Part shown: positions 54,601-64,000 of the stretch, in pieces
How the letters are laid out: each line of letters opens with the position of its first letter
How positions within the stretch are numbered: position 1 is the first letter of the stretch
Assembly (NCBI GenBank): GCA_038087875.1
Contig: CM075986.1
Span: 15,190,001-15,254,000 of the forward strand
Reading direction: 5' to 3'
DNA: 64,000 nt
Source of the DNA: Malacoraja senta
Lineage: Eukaryota
Position numbers and translations under genes: made by a program
The notes under the pieces: generated by a model
Databases searched by the model: none
Told to the model about the DNA's origin: nothing
The model's input: only the letters and a program-made list of their open reading frames with translations

Positions 54601-56692
54601 AATGGAAATACAATATTATAGATTAATTGATGGAGCTTTGATTCTGCATACTGCTGTTCTGTTCCAAAAGGGGTTGCAATGATAGGAGGTGAACAAATTC
54701 AGTGTACAAAATAGAATGGTCATCTTGTGGGATATGTCTGTGAATATATGTTCCCATATTCTTTTACCTGATTGGTCACTGTTATGGATCAAAATGATGT
54801 ACAGTTCTTGGCCATACGTATGTATGGGTTCAAGCTTTGTGTATGATTAGTGGCAAAAAACCCCACTAAGTCTTCATTATTGAATTGTATTAATCCAGCA
54901 TTTCAAATGATATACCCGATTTATATATTTATAAGATGCAGCAAATTCAGTGCACATTTAAACAGTGTTGTTATAAAATGTTATTTTTTAAGTGTTTTCT
55001 GGTTTGCAAACATTTTTGGTTATATGAGCAGATGTTTCGTATCAAATGTTAATTAGTGTAAATGTTTTCTTAACTGGATGTCTTTATTGTTCGGGCTATT
55101 ATAATATCAGAACTAGTGTTGTGAAAGTCTCCAGGTTAATGAATGTAGGTTTTTGCTCTTTTTACTGCTCAATATTTTGTAGTATCACCAACAAAGCAGG
55201 CCCCGGATGTCTTTAGCATTAATAGTGATGATGTAGTGTCTGAAAGACTTTAATGACCACCATAATGCCTTTATAGTAGAAAGCATCAGAACCTTGGTAT
55301 TTCATCCAAATCTGTTAAATAACCAGTTAACTTGATATGATTAAATTTAATTGTCATGAAAGCTTTCATGTCACATTATTATTACTTCTCTTGTAGTTAG
55401 TGTAATACATTTGTTCCTCAGTGAAACTTTATATTAACAGTGTTTCATTGATGTTGGAATTTCGCAAAAAATCTCTTGAAAATTGAGACATGATTGGTTA
55501 TTTTCTTTATTAATTAATCAAAGATGTTCAGAAACTTGGTAAATTGGCTGATGACCAACATTTTCATCCTGGGAGATATTTTTAATTAAACTTGCTTTGG
55601 CCACCTGAAGAGCAAAAGGAGAACATGGATATATTTCTTGAAGCTAACAAGGGCTTGTGTTATTCCAATCTTTTTTTCTACCACAGGGAAGTTATAAAGA
55701 GCCTTGTACACTGAAAATTACAGAGAATCCTTTTGTTTCGCACTTAAGCCTGAAAAGTCATTATCACTTGGAAAATATATCTGGAAATGAACACTTTTGA
55801 CTTAATCAATTTGGTTACTTGTCTGCTGTTTGTTATTTGGTAGGAATGGTGTAGGAATGAGCACTACTTTGTTCCAGTCATACAGATGGGGAAAATATGT
55901 ATTTTTGGTTGTTTTTGTTATTGATGTTAACCAATGGAATATTACCATTGAATGCAATACTTTTGGATTGGTTGTGTATCTAACTCAAGTGTTTAATCTA
56001 TACCAGGGTTTCTTCTGTTAATGTACACTTCTCTTTAATTTCTACGTGTTCTTGTATACTTCAATGCTACTGCCTTGAATATGATATTCAGAAGAGATAA
56101 GTCTGATCTCACTGTCATTATGTAACATTTTCAAAACCATTTTAAAATCATGATAGATATTTATTATGAAGTGGTTCTGATGTACAACCCAAAAATAGAA
56201 GTGGATGTGGGGTCAGAGAAAGTCAACAGCATTGCTGCTGGTTTTAAGTTTGAGTGGGGACCTCAGATCTCAATCATGCAGATGATAACACCGCATTCTT
56301 TGATGTAGACAATTAGTGCAATGATTTATGTTGCCTTTTACATCTGTACATATATTTTGTGCAGAAACATTAGAAAAAGCTAGGACCCGTATTTTTCTTT
56401 AAATATTTTGAGAGTCGGGTCCCCAAATCAAATAAATCTTCCAGCTTTGGAACTAATGCTTCTGATGTTACCGTATGCTATAGGCAGCTTTCTGTGCGTG
56501 TGCTTCAGACAGTTATGTGTATGCTTGGCTTCACACAGTTCCTCTTGTGTGCTGTGTTTTTGTGCAATGATTTGCTGATGCACTGGCTTTGCTGCTTGCT
56601 CACTGCAATTTTTTTTCTTTTCTGTTCTTCATCCTCATGTCTTTTGAAAATCCCTTCCCTTCCCTCTTTCTCTTTCCTTCATCACTGACAAG

Positions 56693-56722
56693 GTTGCCAA
56701 ACACTCCCAAGTCGTCCTCGAG
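56693..56722 (+). CDS. TANC2: TANC2 30-nt symmetric microexon: (G)CQTLPSRPR(G), probably alternative
   Basis: Long pyrimidine tract, acaAG|gttgccaaacactcccaagtcgtcctcgag|GTacac; phase 1 to 1 and stop-free; the peptide matches my recollection of the 10-aa insert in a human TANC2 isoform. Confidence 0.88.
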
Positions 56723-59608
56723 GTACACGATTTGATTTGTTTTTGTTTGCCCCCATCCAGTTCATTCTGGACAGCATGAAAGATTCATGTGCTTTTCTTT
56801 CTTTATCCCTGATGAAAGCAACCAATAGGATTGTTGTAGAGGACAACTTATTTGGTAAACAGTAACACTAAATTGTGATTCAGTGATATATCTTTTGGAT
56901 CAGATGGAAAGGGGACAATATGGATATATCTAGTCCCTTTTAACCACTATTGATGCCATGATTATCATGTTATTTTCTGCCCCAATTAATTGGATCAAAT
57001 GTTAATTATCTGCAATCGGTCACCAAATTAATGATATTACAGTCATAGCAGTGCTCCAGGAATAATCTATTGGATGTGAAGTTCATTGGTCGGTGTTAAG
57101 GATATGTTCTTTGCTTTTATTTTTTTAATAAATTGCAGTAGCTGCCTCCCTGCAAATAAAACCACTGAAAATCCAGTAACCCCTTCCTTTTCCTGTTTCT
57201 CACTTCTTCCAATTCTATTTGATGGTTTCATACCAGAATTTCTCAAACTGTCAGACTGTTTCTGCACAATCTTGAAGAAGGTTTTTGAATATGAAATATC
57301 TGCCATGTAACATTTCTAAATTAATTCAAATCTCAGAATATCAACATGGAATTTTGAGAGCTATGACGTCAAAACATTTCCCTGTCAGTCTGCCTCCAGA
57401 GATTAGAGGCAGAGAGCTAGATGCCTGAAGTACTCAGTTTCTAACGTAATGTATGCAGTATTGCTGATGACCATGTCACAAGCTGTCGTGTGGCTGAAGA
57501 GCCACTGATTCAAATCCTTGAGATTTGTTTCTGTTTCAAGAACCTCCTCAAGTGACATAACACAATCCCTTTCAAATTCGTCACATAAAAGAACAAGGAT
57601 CTCAAACGCAAACCTTTACAGAGGCATTTGCGTGTGACTGATTCATTGAGAGTCCTTGTAAGAAGAGTAGTGAGGGTGTTGTTTCCAATATTTAAAACGT
57701 CAGTGAAATAAATTACCATGATGACGTGTTCGTCAAATTCAAAATGGATGTCATTGTTTCTGGGGAGAAAAAAATCACCATCATTTTCTCCATCACCTCT
57801 CACTAAGTAGTTTTTTTTTACTGCCTTTAAACCCAAATCAGCAATGTGTTTGCGAACATGTCCAGTTTTAATACATTTAATCATGTGGACATGATTTATA
57901 AATGTAAAAAACAATAGTAAGAAGTCACTCATGCAGTTTATCTTAGACCCGATGGTGTTTCATATAAAGAATTAAAAATCCCATTCAACTACATTAACAC
58001 AGCATTGTTACCAAAACGAATATTAAAGCTACATATTAATACAGCATTGCTTAAATGAGAGAGTTCTGCTTTGCAGCGCTGCCATTTCTCCCCACTATAG
58101 TGCAGCATTTTGCAAGAGCTGCTTTCAATGTGTCAATCGTTTCTCTTTTGCTATAGAGATGGTGAATGTTTTGAACTTGCAGCAAGGTTCCCCCTTACAC
58201 TATCTAGCAGACCTTATAAGTAACATCCTTGGAGTATGTTCACATACGCAGTTGTCATGGAAATTGCAGCAAATTCTATGGTCAGCACCTATCTATATCA
58301 GTGCCTCAAGAGGGTGTGCATTTTTAATATACTGGCTTTTAGATGGTACACACCTGTCCTCAACATTATAGGACAAATGTCCATAGAATTGTTTTACATT
58401 TTATTGCATGGGGGGCTTTGCTCCTGCTTACCTCCCTTGCGCCCTGCCCTTCAATTGAAACTATTGCCATGTTTACATCTGGCTGCTTCCTGTTCCTATA
58501 TTAATTAATGGAATTATGATCATATCTCATTCTGCACCTAAATTGGGATTGAAAAATCAATCCAATCTGTTTTCAATCTGGCCTAACGAATGCCACAGTC
58601 ATCCTCGTCCTACAGCACCGAGCAATCACCCATTCAATTATTTTTAATTATATTACTGCCTCTTTTTATTTTACTGCTGGACATAAATTATTGTTCGGTC
58701 ACATCAAATATTCCCGCAGTTGTCTTCTTTGGAATAAACTTGCCATGAGTAATTCAAATGTTCCCAGTTAAGATCGAAGTCTCACTGGATAAGACTTTTA
58801 GATGAGTAGTTCTTGTTGACAATTTGTATGCCTGTCATTTTGACAAGGTTTGAATCCATTGATGTAAGTAACACAATGTACATAAAGAATTTTCGGAAAG
58901 AGTGTTAACAAATAAGCCCCTTGAACTCAGGTGAATGCCAAATTGAGTTAGAGCTCTGCCTTCTTATTTCTCTGAACTGCCGAACAGGTGATCTCTTTGT
59001 GCTGAATATCAAATTGCTTTCAGTTAAACCTATACCCAAAATATCTATTTCTATTTTTAATTAACATAGTTTCACAGTACTAAACCAAATGGAGTTCATA
59101 TTAAATTAACCTAAAGCTTTCAGGCTTTAAAACACTTCCACCATTCTAGGTTGCACAGAAGGCTGACATGATACAAACATCGGTAAGATGCCACTCTAAA
59201 GAATGATTTTGTATTTTGTCTGAACCTTCATACCAGGGCTGTATATGACAGGGTGAGGTTTAGCTGTGATTGTGTCTAAATTGTATTTTTTTTAGTTTAA
59301 TATACCATTCCCACATCTCCATAATCACTTAATTCATAAAATTACAATTATTACATATAATAATTCTGACATATTATGAAATAAGTGATTTGCTAACACT
59401 GAGGCACATAGAAGCATCAAAATCAAATTCACCACCAATAATTGTTCCCATTCAATAAAAATAAATTTTAGGAAGTTTACTCTTAATAGGCTACTATATA
59501 AAATTAGCTGCATACCCTAACAATTGAGATTGACGCTATTTTAAATGATAGTCATATGGCACAATATCTAAACATGGAAAGTTGTTCTCTACCTTCATTC
59601 GCCTATAG

Positions 59609-59776
<168 letters not shown>

Positions 59777-60401
59777 TGAACCAGAGATTAGCTGGTGCCA
59801 GGACCAAACTGCAACTGGCTGAGGCACTTCCCTTTTCCTCTTGGGCACCAAGTTAATTCTGATACTACTTTTAATACCTGGATAAAATTACCTAGAATGC
59901 TTTTATTTACTTGCCTTAGTTTTACCTAAATTTGAAAATCTTCCCATCAGCAATATGCAGTATAATTCAACAATGCTTCAGAAAAAATTAGACTCCCTTT
60001 AGATTACCCCTCCCAATTTATTCTGATCTGATGTAGTTCTGGACATGGCTGCTAGATTGTTGGAATGGACCTCAGCATTAAGGGACGAACGTTATACTGT
60101 TCTATCCTTTCCAAATTCACGCACATAAATGCAGACGTAATTTACACGATCAGCTATATCCGTATTTCCAGTTTTTAAGATGCTGCTTAAAAGAATTAAT
60201 GAGAGAGATGGATATGTCTTTTTTTAAACCAATAAACAGATTCATTAATATTCAAAGTCTAGCAATAAATTCAGAACTTACGAATATAGGAATTGTTTCA
60301 TGGATTTTTCCAGCTGCAATTTCTAAGAATACGTATATGTCTCTACTAATCATTTGGGTCAATTAAATTAAATCAATATTGTAACACTATTGTCTGCTTT
60401 A

Positions 60402-60731
60402 AAGCCCTGTCCCACAGTACAAGTTCATTCCAAGAGCTCTCCCGAGTTTAAAAAAAATCAAACTCGTGGTAAGCACGGAGAATGAACGTAGCGGGTACGT
60501 CGGAGCTAGGGGACGTCTCTTAGCGGCTCGTAATGCTAACGGCAGGTACTCGGGAAGACTCGCTAACGGCAGGTAAACTCGGGAAGACTCGTGAAGATTT
60601 TTCAACATGTTGAAAAATGTCCAAGTGAACCCCGAGTACCGACGAGCGGCCATTACCGTAAATCTCCGAGTTCGAATCAGGGCAAACTCGGGAGAGCTCT
60701 TGGAATGAACTCGTACCGTGGGACAGGGCTA
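60402..60731. mobile_element. MITE, family A second copy, 330 bp
   Basis: TIRs of about 45 bp; TTA...TTA 3-bp TSD; interior aligns by eye with 4078-4405 in the same orientation. Confidence 0.88.
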
Positions 60732-60992
60732 TTACACTGTTACAGCTCCCCAATATATTGTAAAATTGAGGGAGTGGGTTTATGGAGGATATTGCATTTA
60801 AAAAAAATGTGTTTTATATACATCTCCTTAAGTTGCCAGAATATGCAAAAGCAATGTGTTTGACACTGAATATCCATTTTCCACCTCTCTTAGAGGTTAT
60901 GCTTGTTTCCCTACTGCTGTAACTATTCCAGTTCCACAAAAAGCTTCACAAAATAGCAGAGTTAGTTTCACTCATCCATGTCAAGGCACCTA

Positions 60993-61131
60993 GAATGGAA
61001 TCAAGGGATATGGGGGAAATATCAGGAACGGGGTACTGATTTTGGATGATCAGCCATGATCATATTGAAAGGCGGTGCTGGCTCGAAGCGCCGAATGGCC
61101 TACACCTGCACCTATTTTCTATGTTTCCATA
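60993..61131 (+). mobile_element. CR1 3' end fragment
   Basis: Nearly the same sequence as 47855-47988. Confidence 0.85.
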
Positions 61132-61189
61132 TTGTATGTTTCTCCCTTTCCTTACATTACTGATGCTTCTGCAAGAGATAAGCAAAAGG

Positions 61190-61890
61190 AAAAAAACAAA
61201 CTCTGAACGGTGATGATTTAACAATTTCAGTCGGGTTCTTAAGTATAATCTGTATAAGGTGGGAGATATAAATTAACAAAGTTAGCCTGCAGTGATGGAG
61301 AGAAGTTAGGAAGACAAATGCCAGGTTGCCCTTTATTGCGAGATGAGATGGAGGCAGTTTTAATACAAGAATAAAGAAGCCTTGCAACACCACTACATAG
61401 GATTTAGTAAAACCAAGTCTGGAGTTGTTTTTGATTTTAGTGTCCATGTGAAAAGAAAAATACCTTAGGAGTAATGGAATATCGGTTCACTGGAACAATA
61501 CCTAGAATGTGGTTAATCTGAGGGTAAGGATTTTCTCCATGTAAGATCAGATAGAACTGGACTACATTCACTTCATGGGCTCTCAAGAGTTGAGAAGAAG
61601 TAATAACATTGGGATATATTAAAATCTGAAATGGATTGACAGGTAGGTACAGATAAATTGTTTCCCCTAGTTGCAGAGCTGTGTTCATTTCCCGAGATAA
61701 ATGTCAGCGATTTATAGGTGAGAAATTTCTTCACAAAAGAGATTGCGCATCTTTGGCGTTGTGGATGCTCAGTATATGGCTGAGAATGGATTTTATTCAC
61801 TCGGGAATAAAGGAATATGGTGAGCAGGCAGAAATGTAGACGAAGCAGTATCAATTATAGCATTGCATAGCGGAGCTGGCTTGAGGGACC
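61190..61890 (+). mobile_element. Old degenerate CR1 fragment
   Basis: Decayed motifs LVKPSLE.. and GAGAAATTTCTTCACAAAAGAG; boundaries approximate. Confidence 0.6.
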
Positions 61891-64000
61891 TACATCGTAG
61901 CTCTTACATGGGAAGTATAACTAATGTAAACTAATATTTACAGTCCATTCAGCCAACTGGTCCACATCTCCCATCACTCTTTGTTCAACTCCAGCAATAT
62001 ATCCTTCTGGTCCTTTGTCCATCATCTGACCTCTTTAAATGCATCTATGCATTTTACCTGAACTATTTCAAGCTCTTACCTGATTTGAGTTGTTAACATT
62101 ACTCCTGAATCATATATTGGATTCATTGGTGGCCACTTGTATTCAAAGAAATTAACAGATATAGCAGAAAAGTACAGTTGAAGTAAATAATCAGCCAGGG
62201 TCTTACTAAATGGCAGAGAAGGAATCGTATGGTTAGTCCTCTTGCCATTTAACATGCACTTATTTATTACCTTTGTCCCTGGTCCATCTTGCAATAGAAA
62301 ACATCATAATGACTTCCCTGTCAAACTTTATGAAATCACGATCACCTCTTCAACATATCCTTATTAGAATAAAAAACTTCAGTCTACTAAGTCTTTCCAG
62401 ATGGATATAACTTTTCAATTCTGCACTCATTCTGGTAAACCTCGTTTCCATTGTATTTATATAAAATAAAATGATTCACTGAGCACAAGTTGGAGATGTG
62501 TGGTGAGGTAACAGCACTAACTGTTACATCACAACTCCTTTGACCTTGGAGGTTCAATAGACACAAAAATCTTAGGTGCTTTTGGGCCATTTTGCACATT
62601 CCATGACTGCAAGTTTCCTCGGAGTGCTTCAATTTCCTTTGAAACCCCAAAGTGTGCTGGTAGGTTCATTCATTATATATTTCTCCTTAGTGGAGGTTAA
62701 TAGCAAAAAGAATCAAAGGGGAGTTGATGTAAAGATGTGAGAGAGAACACATTGCAGGGATACATCAAAGTAAGGAGATGGGGAAATGGGACTAATGGAA
62801 TTGCTCACGGCAAGCTGCATGGCTCAAATGGCGACCACATGTTTTTATTATAAGGGTAATGTAAGGTTCCTCCAAGATCCACTGCATAACATTACTGCCC
62901 TTCAATACTATTCCTCTGGAAATGAACCCTCATGTTTTCCTTTTTTTATAATGACCACAAAGAATTATATAATTAAATTGGTAAAGAATAAAAGGTAGAG
63001 AATGGATCACGATCTTCTTACACACCTTAAGAAATAAGAAAAATTATATCATAGGGAGAAAAGAAGGTTGAGTGGTGGGAAGCACGATTTGGGAAACATC
63101 AAAAACTATTTGTCATGATTCCAAATTTGAAATATTCGAGCTGATCTATGTAAATAAATAAGAAGCTGACTGGCTGATGTAGCCTGTGAATGCATCAAAG
63201 TGTTGTTCCACAATGTAGCTGAATATCTGTACAACTCGGATTCCCAGCCTCGGAATTCCAACCTGGAGAAATGCTGAACATAGAGAAGTGAGGAAAATCT
63301 CTGGGGATTTCCTCTGGTTGGCTTCCTGCACCTAAATCCCAACTGTTAAAACATTGGAAGATCTAGGCAATGTGAATGGAATGTGGGAATAGTGTATTTC
63401 AATATTTGGATGATCAGCCATGATCGTATTGTGAGCGCAGACGGGATCGTGGACGTATTGCGTGCAAACGTTACAATGCTTTGCATTGTGGGAGTTTTGA
63501 AATAAAGGCCTCTGGAGAATTTCTGGAGTTGCACATATCTTGGCACCTGGTTTCACAACATTTATAGAGTCAATCATTCATCTTGCACGGTAACCCTGAC
63601 ACCTAGTGGCTCAGCTTTAATTTTCGTGTCCCCACACAATAGAAAGGATCTGGACTGCCTTGCCTTTAATAACTTTGCAATCTTGGCATATTGCCAGGAC
63701 TTAGTTCTCTTGGTTACTTGATTACAGCATTCATTAACTGTCCAATTGGAATAATCTAAGTTCTTTCACAAAGTACAATTATAATGTCATCATATTTTGG
63801 CAACTGAGCTTGTGGTTAGACTTGTGAGGCACATCTTACGTATAGTGGGAAAAAAAGGTGGAGCGATGGGTCCAATGTCGTAGCATTCTTGGAAATTATT
63901 CATATAGAATTCTTTAGAACTGGAGTTTGTTACCCATCTTTTTAGTAGTGGTGAAAACAGATTTTCTTTCCTTTTCCTATATTGATTCTTGAGTTAATCC

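Overview
This is vertebrate genomic DNA, AT-rich and CpG-poor. HE1-type V-SINEs plus CR1 and Penelope repeats point to a cartilaginous fish, most likely a skate or ray (inference). The whole window lies inside one + strand gene, TANC2. Ten constitutive-looking coding exons (18427-59770) join with consistent GT-AG phases into 469 codons covering the ankyrin array and the start of the TPR region. A 30-nt in-frame microexon (56693-56722, GCQTLPSRPR) is missed by the ORF track. The 5' and 3' exons appear to lie outside the window. The introns hold a full-length Tc1 DD34E IR/DR transposon with an uninterrupted 339-aa ORF (25282-26891) and a hAT non-autonomous element with an 8-bp TSD. They also hold four PIF/Harbinger-like MITEs, CR1, Rex/Babar and L2 LINE pieces, HE1 SINEs, and many Penelope-derived termini carrying minimal hammerhead-ribozyme cores. 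There is one 276-N assembly gap. I see no prokaryotic-type or wholly new system. The best leads are the near-intact Passport-like transposon, the hammerhead-bearing short retroposons, the regulated microexon in a TE-depleted intron, a recursive-splice-like exon start, and a fold-back duplication at a nested retroinsertion.
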